DNA of 54,725 nucleotides from Thermoanaerobaculia bacterium (GTDB lineage Bacteria; Acidobacteriota; Thermoanaerobaculia; UBA5066): positions 1 to 54,725 of the forward strand of contig DATIFW010000253.1 in NCBI GenBank assembly GCA_035455045.1, in the 5' to 3' direction. Position numbers and translations under genes: made by a program. The notes beneath the pieces were generated by a model. The model did not search any database and was not told where the DNA came from. It was given only the letters and a program-made list of their open reading frames with translations. Shown in pieces: positions 9,075-21,118 of this stretch; position 1 is the stretch's first letter; the number at the start of each line of letters is the position of its first letter.

Positions 9075-9845
9075 CTATCCCCCCAGACCGCCGGGCGGCT
9101 CCATCCGGGATGGTCGCAGGCCACGAAACAGAAGGACGAAATTGAGCGCGATCTCGAACAGCGCCATCGGCGTGTCGTACCACGTCCCACCTACCCATTT
9201 TCTTAGGAACTCCGGGACGATGAAGAGGCCGAAGGCGCAGACGCCGAGCCATGCGCTCGTGAGGATGCCGAAGGCGGCGAGCGCACGGGGGATGTAGCCA
9301 GACCTGAGCCATAGGCAGGAGCTAAACATGACGGCCAAGGACCAGAACAGGAGGCCGACGCAGAGGTACGGGCCGCCCGAGAGGTACTGGCGTGCCACGG
9401 ACGGCAACTGGTCTGCCGGGAACGCGCGCACGTACTCGGCGTCTTTCAAGAGTCCAAGAGCTGTGGAGAGACTCGCCGCGGGTAGGAGCCATGTGATGGC
9501 ATGGAACAGTCGACTGGAGAAGACGAGCAGGGCAAGGTTCTGGTCCACAGGCTTGAGAACGACGTAAAGTGCCGCACCGAGCACGAGAAGGCTGACACTG
9601 CAGAGGACGTCGGCCACGAAGCCGAGGCGGAAGAGCATCTCGTGCGCCAGGACGTAGCGCGCGGCCTCCGCGGGATCCTTGACAGCAAAGTGTTCGAAGA
9701 AGCCAAAGTGAGTGAAACCCACGGTAATGAAGACTAGGGAAAACAGGCCGGCGAGTCCTGCAATCTTCGCCGCCTTGCGTTGTGAGTCCTCGATGCCACT
9801 GGTCGTCATGTCGTGTCCCCCTGCATCCTTCGAGGCACCTTTCAT
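9075..9845 (-). CDS. Integral membrane protein, DUF4386-like
   Basis: Multiple hydrophobic helices ('IAGLAGLFSLVFITVGF', 'LLVLGAALYVVL', 'LCVGLLFWSLAVMF', 'LGVCAFGLFIV'). Start at ATG 9845 or 9809. The upstream part of the track ORF overlaps the DUF971 gene and is Arg-rich. Visibly more A/T-rich than its surroundings. Confidence 0.65.
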   Translation of the reverse strand: MKGASKDAGGHDMTTSGIEDSQRKAAKIAGLAGLFSLVFITVGFTHFGFFEHFAVKDPAEAARYVLAHEMLFRLGFVADVLCSVSLLVLGAALYVVLKPVDQNLALLVFSSRLFHAITWLLPAASLSTALGLLKDAEYVRAFPADQLPSVARQYLSGGPYLCVGLLFWSLAVMFSSCLWLRSGYIPRALAAFGILTSAWLGVCAFGLFIVPEFLRKWVGGTWYDTPMALFEIALNFVLLFRGLRPSRMEPPGGLGG

Positions 9846-9889
9846 AGGACTCGTTGTACGTGAAATGTCGGCCTCGATTTGATGCGGCG

Positions 9890-10246
9890 TCAGCGCACCG
9901 GCAGCAGCGGGAACGCGGTCGTCAGAGGCGGAAGCTCGGGCGGGTTCTCGCCCCACTCGCGCAGCTTCTGGTACGTGTAGAGCCCGTCGGCGTGACCGTC
10001 GGCCCAGAAGATCTGGAGTGCGTAGCCGCCCACGGGTCCCGTGCCGCGCACCTGGTAGGACTCGGCGGTCAAGGGCCGCGCGGGCGGCTTCATGAGCCGC
10101 CCCAGGAGGTCGCGCTCGCCCGAGCATTCCGCGCACGGGCAGAGGCGGCGAAGGTCGGCGAGCTTGAGGTACGACTCTCCCCCGTCGCCCCACGCGATCG
10201 CGAGCTCGTCCCCGAGCACCTGCACGTTCTTCGGGACGGCCGTCAC
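9890..10246 (-). CDS. DUF971 domain protein (gamma-butyrobetaine hydroxylase-like N-terminal domain)
   Basis: 118 aa. 'LAIAWGDGGESYLKLADLRRLCPCAECSGE' and 'YALQIFWADGHADGLYTYQKL' match the DUF971 pattern as I remember it. Confidence 0.75.
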   Translation of the reverse strand: MTAVPKNVQVLGDELAIAWGDGGESYLKLADLRRLCPCAECSGERDLLGRLMKPPARPLTAESYQVRGTGPVGGYALQIFWADGHADGLYTYQKLREWGENPPELPPLTTAFPLLPVR

Positions 10247-10355
10247 GGCGGGAATGGTAGCGGAGTTGCTCTCCGGGGGGCTGAGCTGCGCGCGCCCCCC
10301 TATCCCCTCAAATGAATCGCTTCTGAAGACCCCCGTCCAGAGGCTTCAGCGAACA

Positions 10356-11627
10356 CTACTCATAGCGTAGGGCATCTATCGGGTCCAGACGCGCGGCTTT
10401 CAGGGCCGGGTAGATCCCGAAGAAGAGGCCGATCGAGACCGAGACGCCGAAGCCGAGGAGGATGCTCCAGAGCGGCGTCTCCGTGCGGAGGCTCGAGACG
10501 TTGCGCACGACGAGCGCGGTCAGGAGGCCGAGGCCGACGCCCACGAGACCTCCCAGAGCGGTGAGCGTCATCGCCTCGGTCAGGAATTGGAGCGAGATGT
10601 CGCGCCGGAACGCGCCGAGCGCCTTGCGCAGGCCGATCTCCCGCGTCCGTTCCGTCACCGACACGAGCATGATGTTCATGACGCCGACGCCGCCCACGAC
10701 GAGCGCGATCGCCGCGATGAGCACCATGACGCCCGAGATCGCGTTCGTGACGGCCTGCATCTGCTGGAGCATCTTCTGGGCGGTGAAGATCGCGAAGTCG
10801 TTCGGCGCGTTGAACGGAACCTTGCGCCGCGTCCTGAGGAGCGCCGTGCCTTCCTCGATCACGCGGTCGACGAGCTCGGGCGAGCGCGGGATCGTCGCGA
10901 TGTGGATCGTGTCGTCGTGCGAGTTCTTCGTCTGCGGAAAGTGGCGGTCGTACGTCGAGATCGGCATCACGAGGATGTTGTCGGGCTGGCCGCCGAAGCC
11001 CGAAGAGCCCTTCTTCTCGAACGTGCCGACGATCTGGAGGCGCTTGCCGTTGACCGAGATCGTCTGCCCGAGGGGGTCCTTGCCCTTGAACAGGGCTTCC
11101 GAGACGTCCTGTCCGACGACGCACGTGTCCGTCGCGTGGAGGACGTCGAGCTCCGTGAGGTTGCGGCCGTCCTGGATCGCATAGTTGTTGCAGATCGCGT
11201 AGTTCTGGTTGCCGCCCGAGATCGTCGGCGAGTTCGCCTCGTTGCCGTTCCCCTTCACCTGCGAGGCGGCCCACAGGTAGCGCTCCGGTGAGACCGCGAG
11301 GATGGAGGGACAGAGCTCCTGGAGCGCGTCGGCGTCCTCGATCGTGAGGTCCTTCCTCTTCCTTTCCTCCTCCGAGCGCCGGCCCGGCCCGAAGCGCGGC
11401 TCGAATTTCTGGAACTGGACGAGCGTCGTGCCGAAGGCAGAGAACGCCTCGGTCTGGGAGCGGTCGAACCCGGTCACGAGTGCGACCATCCCGATCACCG
11501 TCCAGACGCCGATGACGATCCCGACCGTCGTGAGGAAGGCGCGCAGCTTGTGCGCGCGGAGGGCGGTCAGCGCGAACCGCAGGTTCTCGGCGATGACGCG
11601 GCGGAAGGTCTCGAGGACGTGCGTCAT
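10356..11627 (-). CDS. ABC transporter permease, FtsX/MacB type (no ATPase domain)
   Basis: N-terminal TM 'LRAFLTTVGIVIGVWTVIGMVAL', a large periplasmic domain, and the C-terminal FtsX four-helix region 'REIGLRKALGA'. Confidence 0.9.
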   Translation of the reverse strand: MTHVLETFRRVIAENLRFALTALRAHKLRAFLTTVGIVIGVWTVIGMVALVTGFDRSQTEAFSAFGTTLVQFQKFEPRFGPGRRSEEERKRKDLTIEDADALQELCPSILAVSPERYLWAASQVKGNGNEANSPTISGGNQNYAICNNYAIQDGRNLTELDVLHATDTCVVGQDVSEALFKGKDPLGQTISVNGKRLQIVGTFEKKGSSGFGGQPDNILVMPISTYDRHFPQTKNSHDDTIHIATIPRSPELVDRVIEEGTALLRTRRKVPFNAPNDFAIFTAQKMLQQMQAVTNAISGVMVLIAAIALVVGGVGVMNIMLVSVTERTREIGLRKALGAFRRDISLQFLTEAMTLTALGGLVGVGLGLLTALVVRNVSSLRTETPLWSILLGFGVSVSIGLFFGIYPALKAARLDPIDALRYE

Positions 11628-11636
11628 GTGCGGCGT

Positions 11637-12857
11637 CTACTCGTATCGAAGGGCGTCGATCGGCGTGAGGCGGCTGGCCTTGATGGCCGGGAAGACGCCG
11701 GCGATGATCCCGGTCAGGGTCGCGAGGACGAGGCCCGAGACGATGAGCCCGGGCGTCACGAGCGTCGGGAGAGGCGAGAACGCGTCCACGCAGAGCGCGA
11801 TGAGCCACCCGAAGAAGACGCCGAGGAAGCCGCCGCCGAGCGCGAGGAGCCCGGCCTCGAGGAGGAACTGGAAGAGGACGTCCCTCTTGCGCGCCCCGAC
11901 CGCGAGGCGCAGGCCGATCTCCTTCGTCCTTTCGATCACGGACACGAGCATGATGTTCGCGATCACGATCGCGCCGACGACGAGCGAGATCCCGCTGATG
12001 AAGACGAGAAGCGCGAAGGCGGCCTGGGTGATCGCCTTCCAGACGACCTGCACCGCGTCCGCGTTCACGAAGACGACCGGGTCCGGCGCGGCCGGGTCCG
12101 TGTGGCGGATCGCCCGGAAGATCGTCCGGATCTCGTCCATCGACGCCGGCACGCCGGGCACGCCGCCCTTGGCCTGGACGAATATCCCGAGCTGGCGATT
12201 CGCCCCCCAGACCTTGCAGAGCGTCTCGCGCGGGATGTACGCGACGCTGTCCTGGCTCTGGCCGAGGACGGAGCCTTGCTTGGCGAGGAGGCCGATGATC
12301 TCGAATGGGGTTCCGCCGATCGTGAACGTGCGGCCGATCGGATCGACGCGGGGGAAAAGCTCCTCCCTCACATCGGCGCCGATGACGGCGACGTACGCCC
12401 GGTGCTCGTTCTCCATCTCGGTGAAGAAGCGCCCCGATTCGAGGTCCAGGTTCCGGATCTCGCTCATGTTCGCCGTCGTGCCCTGGATCGAGACGTCCGA
12501 AAGGCGATGATTCGCGGACTTGACGAGCTGCGTCGTTCCCGACTGGGCGCCGATCTTCTCCGCGAGGCGCGCGAGGCGCACGACCTGCTCGTAGTCGGGT
12601 TTCTTGACGGGCTTTCTCTTGAGCGCCTCGAGGAAGCCCTCGTGCGACGTGATGATCCCCCAGCGCGTGACCACGTAGACGTCCGGGCTCAAGGTGAAGA
12701 TCTTCGTCGCGACGTAATTGTTGAGGCCCGAGATGACGGACACGACGGCGACGACCGTCATGACGCCGATGATGACCCCGAGGAGCGTGAGGAACGAGCG
12801 GAGCTTGTGCGCCGTGACCGCTTTCCAGGCAACGCGCAGGAGCTCGCCGATCAGCAT
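11637..12857 (-). CDS. ABC transporter permease, FtsX/MacB type (paralogue of the preceding gene)
   Basis: Same architecture: 'LRSFLTLLGVIIGVMTVVAV' and 'KEIGLRLAVGA'. 9-nt gap to the next permease. Confidence 0.9.
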   Translation of the reverse strand: MLIGELLRVAWKAVTAHKLRSFLTLLGVIIGVMTVVAVVSVISGLNNYVATKIFTLSPDVYVVTRWGIITSHEGFLEALKRKPVKKPDYEQVVRLARLAEKIGAQSGTTQLVKSANHRLSDVSIQGTTANMSEIRNLDLESGRFFTEMENEHRAYVAVIGADVREELFPRVDPIGRTFTIGGTPFEIIGLLAKQGSVLGQSQDSVAYIPRETLCKVWGANRQLGIFVQAKGGVPGVPASMDEIRTIFRAIRHTDPAAPDPVVFVNADAVQVVWKAITQAAFALLVFISGISLVVGAIVIANIMLVSVIERTKEIGLRLAVGARKRDVLFQFLLEAGLLALGGGFLGVFFGWLIALCVDAFSPLPTLVTPGLIVSGLVLATLTGIIAGVFPAIKASRLTPIDALRYE

Positions 12858-12871
12858 GAGATCTCAGATCC

Positions 12872-14152
12872 TCAGGATTTCTTCGAGGCCTCGGGACCCG
12901 CCGCCGAGTTGTCGACCTTGACGCGGTCTCCGATCTTGAGAGAGCGGAGCGCCTTGAAAGGCCCCGTGACGATCTCCTCGCCGTCGGCGAGCCCCTCGAG
13001 GACCTCGGTCTGGAGATCGGCGTTGATCCCGGTCTTGACCGGCCGGAAATCGACGGCGCCGTCCTTCTTCACGACGAAGACTCCCTCCACGTCCTTCTTC
13101 TTCTCGGCCGCGGCGGTGGTGGGCGTCGGGACGGGCGTCGGTTTCTTGCCCTTCGGGCGCTCGAGGGACGCCGGGTCGGCGACGACGAGGGCGGGAATGG
13201 GAATCGCAAGCGCAGAGGCGCGCCGGTCGGTCTCGATCTTCCCGGAGACCGAGAAACCGGGCCTGATGTTCGCGGGCGGATTCTCGACCTGCACCTTCAC
13301 CTTGAAGTTCACGGCGGACGAGTCCGTGCCGAGCGCGGACTTCATGATCGGGCTGCCGCCGATCTCGGTCACTGCGCCGTCGAATTTCTTGTCGGGATAG
13401 GCGTCGAACGTGAGCTTCGCCTTCTGCCCGACCTTCACCTGCGGGATGTCGGTCTCGTCGATCTCCATCTCGCCCTCGACGACGGACATGTCGGACACGG
13501 TCAGGAGCACGGTCCCCGGGTTGTTCATCGTGCCGACGATCGCGTTCTCGCCCTGCTCGACGGGCTTCGCCGTGACGATGCCGTCGATCGGCGAGATGAT
13601 CGTCGTCTTCCTCAGGCTGTCCTTGTTCCCGAGGAGGTTCGCGCGCGCCTGCTCGATGCGGCGCTCGTCCGCCCGCTCGTTCGCGCGAGCGGAGTCGAGC
13701 GCGAGCTGCGCCTTCTGGAGGTTTTGCTCGGACTCGATGTGCGCCGCGTAGTTCTTCTTCGTGCGGTCGAGGTCGCGCTCGGCCTGCTCGCGCGTGTACC
13801 TGTCCGCTTCGCGCTGCGCGAAGAGGGCGTTGAGACCCGCCTGCGTCGCCTGCGCGTTGGCGTCGTACTGGCCCTTGTCGATCTGGAGGAGGAGGTCGCC
13901 CTTCTTGACGTGGTCGCCTTCGACGACGGCGAGCGTCACGATCTGCCCCGTGACTTGGGACGAGATGTCGACCTTCGTCTTGGCGCGCACGCGGCCGTTG
14001 CAGCTCACCGTCGCGACGAGCGGGGCTTTCACGACCTTCGCCGTCGTGACGCGCACGGTGTTCTTGTCCCGGCTCTTGATCGAGGCATAGGCGACCAGGG
14101 CGAGGACGAGGGCGCCCCCCACGCCGATCGCGACCTTGATCCGCGTGGTCAT
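12872..14152 (-). CDS. Efflux periplasmic adaptor (HlyD/MacA membrane-fusion family)
   Basis: TM anchor 'IKVAIGVGGALVLALVAYA', lipoyl/barrel motif 'VTGQIVTLAVVEGDHVKKGDLLLQID', coiled-coil segment. Start moved to ATG 14152 because the track's longer ORF runs into the tRNA gene. Confidence 0.9.
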   Translation of the reverse strand: MTTRIKVAIGVGGALVLALVAYASIKSRDKNTVRVTTAKVVKAPLVATVSCNGRVRAKTKVDISSQVTGQIVTLAVVEGDHVKKGDLLLQIDKGQYDANAQATQAGLNALFAQREADRYTREQAERDLDRTKKNYAAHIESEQNLQKAQLALDSARANERADERRIEQARANLLGNKDSLRKTTIISPIDGIVTAKPVEQGENAIVGTMNNPGTVLLTVSDMSVVEGEMEIDETDIPQVKVGQKAKLTFDAYPDKKFDGAVTEIGGSPIMKSALGTDSSAVNFKVKVQVENPPANIRPGFSVSGKIETDRRASALAIPIPALVVADPASLERPKGKKPTPVPTPTTAAAEKKKDVEGVFVVKKDGAVDFRPVKTGINADLQTEVLEGLADGEEIVTGPFKALRSLKIGDRVKVDNSAAGPEASKKS

Positions 14153-14234
14153 CGAACGACTCCCTTCTCCCGCAACGCCTTGACTCCTCCACCTGTTACG
14201 CGATTCGAGGGACGAAAGTTTCCCCGAGAGGCGA

Positions 14235-14328
14235 TGGCGGACAGGGGGGGATTCGAACCCCCGGTAAGGTTTTAAAGCCCTACGGCGGTTTAGCAAACCG
14301 CTGGTTTAAGCCACTCACCCACCTGTCC
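14235..14328 (-). tRNA. tRNA-Ser (anticodon GCU), CCA encoded
   Basis: Hand-folded from the reverse complement GGACAGG-TG-...-GCGGT-TTGCTAA-ACCGC-(long variable arm)-GGGGG-TTCGAAT-CCCCC-CCTGTCC-G-CCA. The anticodon loop UU-GCU-AA and the long variable arm are typical of a class II Ser tRNA. Confidence 0.9.
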
Positions 14329-14396
14329 GTTGTGAGCGCAGGCCGCGAAGTCTAGCAGGGAGAGTAGATAATCGTTATGGAGAGTGAGAAGCGCGC

Positions 14397-14484
14397 GGAG
14401 GAGTGGCCGAGTGGTTTAAGGCGGCGGTCTTGAAAACCGTTGTACCGAAAGGTACCGGGGGTTCGAATCCCTCCTCCTCCGCCA
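14397..14484 (+). tRNA. tRNA-Ser (anticodon UGA), CCA encoded
   Basis: GGAGGAG-TG-GCC..GGC-...-GCGGT-CTTGAAA-ACCGT-(long variable arm GTACCGAAAGGTAC)-GGGGG-TTCGAAT-CCCTC-CTCCTCC-G-CCA. Anticodon loop CU-UGA-AA. Confidence 0.9.
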
Positions 14485-14497
14485 ATGGCCGGCGCCG

Positions 14498-16899
<2,402 letters not shown>

Positions 16900-16903
<4 letters not shown>

Positions 16904-17925
16904 CGGGGCGCCCGGTTCTCGTCTCGATCGTCACGCGCAACGAGTCGCGCGACGTCGAGCGCCTGCTGCCTTCTCTTTTCGCGCAGACTTTCCGGGATTT
17001 CTCGATCGTGGCCGTGGACAACGCGTCGGAGGACGGCACGCGCTCCACGTTCGCCGCGTTCGAAAAGGTGACGCCCGTTCCGCTCACCGTCGTCGCCTCG
17101 CGCGAAAACCTCGGCTACACGGGCGGTCACAACCTCGCGATCGGCCGGGCCGTGGAGGAGAGGAATCCCTGGGTCCTCGTCCTCAACTCCGACGTCGTCC
17201 TCGCGCCCGATTTTCTCGAGCGCCTGCTCGCCGAGGCCGAGCGCCCGGAAAGCGCGCGCGTCGGCGCCTTCACCGGGAAGATCCTGAGAGCCGAGGGGGT
17301 GGATCTCCTTCCCACGACCGTGCTCGACACGGTCGGGATCCGCATGACCAGGAACGGCCGGCATTTCGACATCGGTGCCGGCCTCCCGGACGACGGGCGC
17401 TACGACCGTCCGGCGGAGGTCTTCGGCGTCTCGGGCTGCGTCGCCCTTTACCGGACGGCGGCGCTGGAAGACGTGAAGATCGCGACGGGCTTTTTCGACG
17501 ACGACTTCTTTCTCTACCGCGAGGACGTGGACCTCGCGTGGCGGCTGCGCGGCCGCGGCTGGACCGCCCGTTGCGCCCCCGCCGCCGTGGCGTGGCATCG
17601 CCGGCGCAACCTGCCCGAGCGGCGCCGCGAGATGTCGCCCGCGGCGAATCTGCACTCCGTCAAGAACCGCTTTCTCCTGAGGATCAACAACGCGGGAAAG
17701 GAGCACCTCAGGGCGACGTTCGCGCGCACCTTCGTCCGCGACCTCGTCGTCGTCGCCGCGTGCCTCACGGTGGAGCGGAGCTCTTTGCCCGCCCTCCGCT
17801 GGCTCGCGGAAAACCGCGCGCGCCTCCTCGAGAAGCGGACCGCGATCCGCGCCGCGCGCACCGTGACCGATCGCGCGCTCCTGTCCTGGTTCACCTCCGC
17901 ACCGGAGGGGGCGCGTCGGCCGTGA
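16900..17925 (+). CDS. Glycosyltransferase family 2
   Basis: 'VLVSIVTRNESRDVERLLPSLFAQTF..FSIVAVDNASEDGT', 'NLGYTGGHN', 'LNSDV', 'YREDVDLAWR'. GTG 16900 overlaps the upstream stop (GTGA). Confidence 0.85.
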
Positions 17926-19022
17926 AGATCGCGATCATCGGGACGCGCGGGGTTCCCGCCGCCTACGGCGGCTTCGAGACGCTCGCCGAGGAGCTCTCCG
18001 CCCGACTGGCCGGCCGGGGGCATCTCGTCACGGTCTACGCGCGGCCGCACGCTGTCGGATCCGTCGTTTCCACCCACCGCGGCGCGCGCGTCGTCCATCT
18101 TCCGACGGTCCGCCTGAAGTATCTGGACACCATCGTGCATTCGGCGCTCTCGGGCCTCCATGCCGCGGCAGAGGGATACGACGCCGTGCTCGTCTGCAAC
18201 GGGGTCAACGCGTTCCTCTGCCGGCTCCCGCGGCTTCTCGGGGCGCCGACGGGGATCGTCCTGAACGTGGACGGGCTCGAGCGGAACCGCCGCAAGTGGA
18301 CTCGTCTCGGACGGCTCGTCTACGCTCTTTCGGAGCGGCTCTCCTGCGTGATGCCGGACGCCGTCGTGACGGATGCCCGCGCCATCCAGACGTACTATCT
18401 CGAGAGATACGGAAAAGAGTCCGTCTTCATCCCGTATGGCTCCGATCTCCCGCCTCCGTCGTCCCTCGCGACGCTCGAGCGCCTCGGGCTTCGAAGAGGC
18501 GGTTACGTGCTCTACGTGTCGCGCTTCGAGCCGGAGAACAACGCGGACGCAGTCGTCCGGGCGTTCCACGGCGTGCCGGGCGACACGAAGCTCGTTCTCG
18601 TGGGCGCGGCGCCGTACGCGGACGACTTTCTCGCACGAGTCCGCGCCGAGGCCTCGCTCGATCCGCGCGTCCTCCTGCCCGGAGCGCTCTACGGGGAGGC
18701 GTACCGCGAGCTCCTCCAACACGCCGCGGTCTACGTGCACGCGACGGAGGTCGGCGGCACGCACCCCGCGCTCGTCGAGGCGATGGGCTTCGGCCGGCCG
18801 CTCGTCGTGCACGACACCCCCGAGAATCGCGAGGCGGCGGGGGAGGCGGCGCTCTTCGTGAACGCGAGAAGCGCCGAGAGCCTCGCCGCCGCTCTGACGG
18901 TCCTCCTCTCGGATCCCTCGGCCCGCGACCGCTCGAGCCGGGCGGCGCTCGAGCGCGCCCGCAGGGATTACCGCTGGGAGGCGGTGGCCGACGCGTATGA
19001 GGCGCTCCTGACGGCTCCCTGA
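17922..19022 (+). CDS. Glycosyltransferase family 1 (GT4) with DUF1972-type N-terminus (WchF-like rhamnosyltransferase architecture)
   Basis: 'KIAIIGTRGVPAAYGGFETLAEEL' (DUF1972-like) and the C-terminal GT1 motif 'THPALVEAMGFGRPLVV'. GTG 17922 overlaps the upstream stop (GTGA). Confidence 0.85.
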   Translation: MKIAIIGTRGVPAAYGGFETLAEELSARLAGRGHLVTVYARPHAVGSVVSTHRGARVVHLPTVRLKYLDTIVHSALSGLHAAAEGYDAVLVCNGVNAFLCRLPRLLGAPTGIVLNVDGLERNRRKWTRLGRLVYALSERLSCVMPDAVVTDARAIQTYYLERYGKESVFIPYGSDLPPPSSLATLERLGLRRGGYVLYVSRFEPENNADAVVRAFHGVPGDTKLVLVGAAPYADDFLARVRAEASLDPRVLLPGALYGEAYRELLQHAAVYVHATEVGGTHPALVEAMGFGRPLVVHDTPENREAAGEAALFVNARSAESLAAALTVLLSDPSARDRSSRAALERARRDYRWEAVADAYEALLTAP

Positions 19023-19076
19023 GGCCCGAAAGGCCCGCCCTTGCTAGCATTCGGGGGGCGGGACCCCCCGTCCTGA

Positions 19077-20513
19077 ATGCTGAAGCAGCAGGCCCGGACG
19101 ATCGCCGCACTCCTGTACGCGGCCGACCTCAGCGTCACCCTCGCGACGCTGCCCGTGGCGTATGCGCTCCGGAGCGAGCTTCTTCCCCACCTCTTCAGCC
19201 GGCTCACGCCACTCTACGACTTCAACTGGTACCTCGTTCTCGTCGGGCCCACCGTCCTGATCTTCTCGGGCCTCCTCTTTCTCGAAGGCGGGTATCGCAG
19301 CCACCGCACCCTGCGCCTCAAGAACGAGGTCGCGCTCATGACGCGCACGTCCTTCTTCGGAAGCCTGCTCCTCGCCCTCGTCGTCTTCGGCGCCCGGTGG
19401 GATTTCATCTCGCGACCCTTTCTCGCGATCTTCTTCGTCGTGAACGTCCTTTTCCTCGTGACCGAGCGCGTCACGGTCCGCCTCGTCGCCCGCCGCGTGC
19501 GCTCGCTCGGCTTCAATTTCCGCACGGTCGTCCTCGTCGGCGACACGCCGCGGGCCGCGTCCATGGCCCGCCTCATCCGCGAGCATCCGTGGTGGGGGTT
19601 GAAGCTCCTCGGCCTCGTGCGCGAGAAACCCGCCGAAGACGGCCAGACGACGACCGCGAACGGCGTGCCGCTTCTCGGCTCCCTGCAGGATTTTCCGAAG
19701 ATCCTCACGGAGCTCACCGTCGACGAGGTCATCCTCGCCGTGGACCGCGGCGATCTGCCGAAGCTCGAGGACATCTTTCTCCTCTGCGAGGAGATGGGCG
19801 TCAAGACGCGGCTCGTCCTCGATTTCTTTCCCCACGTGCTCGCGCGTGTGGAGCTCGAGGAGCTCGAGGGAACTCCGCTCCTCACGTTCTCGACGACGCC
19901 GGGCGAAGGCCTCGCTCTTCTCGTCAAGCGCGGCATCGACATCTTCCTGTCGGTCCTCCTCGGTCTCGTGTCCTTCGTGCCGGTCACGCTCGCGGCGCTC
20001 GTCATCAAGCTCACGTCGCGGGGGCCCGTGCTCTTCCGCCAGACGCGCTGCGGGCTGAACGGCCGGCTGTTCACGCTCGTCAAGCTGCGGACGATGGTCG
20101 AGGGGGCGGAGGAGCTCCTGCCCGGGGTCGCGCACCTGAACGAGCACGAGGGGCCCGTTTTCAAGGCGGCGAACGACCCGCGGCTCACGGCGTTCGGCCG
20201 CCTCATCCGGCGCTTCTCGTTCGACGAGGTGCCCCAGCTCTGGAACGTCCTGCGCGGCGAGATGTCTCTCGTCGGGCCGCGTCCTCCCCTTCCCGACGAG
20301 GTCGCGCGCTACGAGAGGTGGCAGCGCCGCCGCCTTTCGATGAAGCCGGGCGTCACGGGGCTCTGGCAGGTCTCGGGCCGAAGCGAGATCGCCGAGTTCA
20401 ACGACTGGATGAACCTCGATCTCGCTTACATCGACAACTGGAGCCTCGGCCTCGACGCGAAGATCCTCCTGCGCACGATTCCCACTGTCCTGACGGGCCG
20501 CGGCGCCCGCTAG
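19077..20513 (+). CDS. Polyprenyl-phosphate glycosyl-1-phosphate transferase (WcaJ/EpsB-type priming sugar transferase)
   Basis: N-terminal TM helices, a central CoA-binding-like domain, and a C-terminal bacterial sugar transferase domain 'FSFDEVPQLWNVLRGEMSLVGPRPPLPDEV...KPGVTGLWQVSGRS'. Confidence 0.9.
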   Translation: MLKQQARTIAALLYAADLSVTLATLPVAYALRSELLPHLFSRLTPLYDFNWYLVLVGPTVLIFSGLLFLEGGYRSHRTLRLKNEVALMTRTSFFGSLLLALVVFGARWDFISRPFLAIFFVVNVLFLVTERVTVRLVARRVRSLGFNFRTVVLVGDTPRAASMARLIREHPWWGLKLLGLVREKPAEDGQTTTANGVPLLGSLQDFPKILTELTVDEVILAVDRGDLPKLEDIFLLCEEMGVKTRLVLDFFPHVLARVELEELEGTPLLTFSTTPGEGLALLVKRGIDIFLSVLLGLVSFVPVTLAALVIKLTSRGPVLFRQTRCGLNGRLFTLVKLRTMVEGAEELLPGVAHLNEHEGPVFKAANDPRLTAFGRLIRRFSFDEVPQLWNVLRGEMSLVGPRPPLPDEVARYERWQRRRLSMKPGVTGLWQVSGRSEIAEFNDWMNLDLAYIDNWSLGLDAKILLRTIPTVLTGRGAR

Positions 20514-21079
20514 GCGAGCCGACGCTCGGAGGCGGGCGCGCAGCGCAACACCTTCGGGCCCGCGAGGACGCGGCGGAGCTGGCCGAGGTGCCTCGCCTCG
20601 TGGCGCGCGAGGAACCGGAACCACGTCACGCCGCTGAAGCGCCCGAGGAGGAAGTGCGGGAAGATCATCTCCGCGAAACGCTCTTCTCCCATGCGCTCTT
20701 GGAGCGCGAGGAGGTCGCGGCGCGACGTCCGAAGAGCCTCGAGCACTTCTGCCGGATTCACCTCGGCGCGCGGGCGCGGACGTACGAGCTTCGGCGCCGT
20801 GAAACGGATGCGCCAGAAGAAAGGCGAAATCGGCAGGCGGTACCACCACGCGCGCTTCGGCACGCGCGTCGGCTCGCCCTTCTCGAACTTCCTCAGGGCC
20901 CTCACGAGGGAGCCCTCGGCGGCTCGAAGGTGATCGAGGACCTCGGCGGCCGACCAACCGCCGCCCCTCGGCGGGCAGAGGAGCTCGGCGTCGGATTTCC
21001 CCGCGACCGCCCGATAGATCTCCTCCCTCACGGCTTCCATCCTCGCGCGGGCCCCCCGCAGGGCGTCCAGCCGGCTCAT
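20510..21079 (-). CDS. DinB-family (DinB_2-like) four-helix-bundle protein
   Basis: 'WSAAEVLDHLRAAEGSL' and 'LARHEARHLGQLRRVL' give a His-rich DinB pattern. The start is ambiguous between 21079, 21091 and 21118. The longest version would abut the divergent amidohydrolase ATG. Confidence 0.7.
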   Translation of the reverse strand: MSRLDALRGARARMEAVREEIYRAVAGKSDAELLCPPRGGGWSAAEVLDHLRAAEGSLVRALRKFEKGEPTRVPKRAWWYRLPISPFFWRIRFTAPKLVRPRPRAEVNPAEVLEALRTSRRDLLALQERMGEERFAEMIFPHFLLGRFSGVTWFRFLARHEARHLGQLRRVLAGPKVLRCAPASERRLA

Positions 21080-21118
21080 AATCCCCGCCATCCTGCGTTG
21101 GAACGGAGGCCCCGTCAA

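Noticed and set aside
14397-14484. Possibility that this long-variable-arm tRNA is tRNA-Sec (selC), given the nearby selenoprotein candidate.
   Set aside because: The anticodon loop reads CU-UGA-AA, so the anticodon is UGA (Ser) and not UCA. The acceptor stem is 7 bp, not the 8 bp of bacterial tRNA-Sec.
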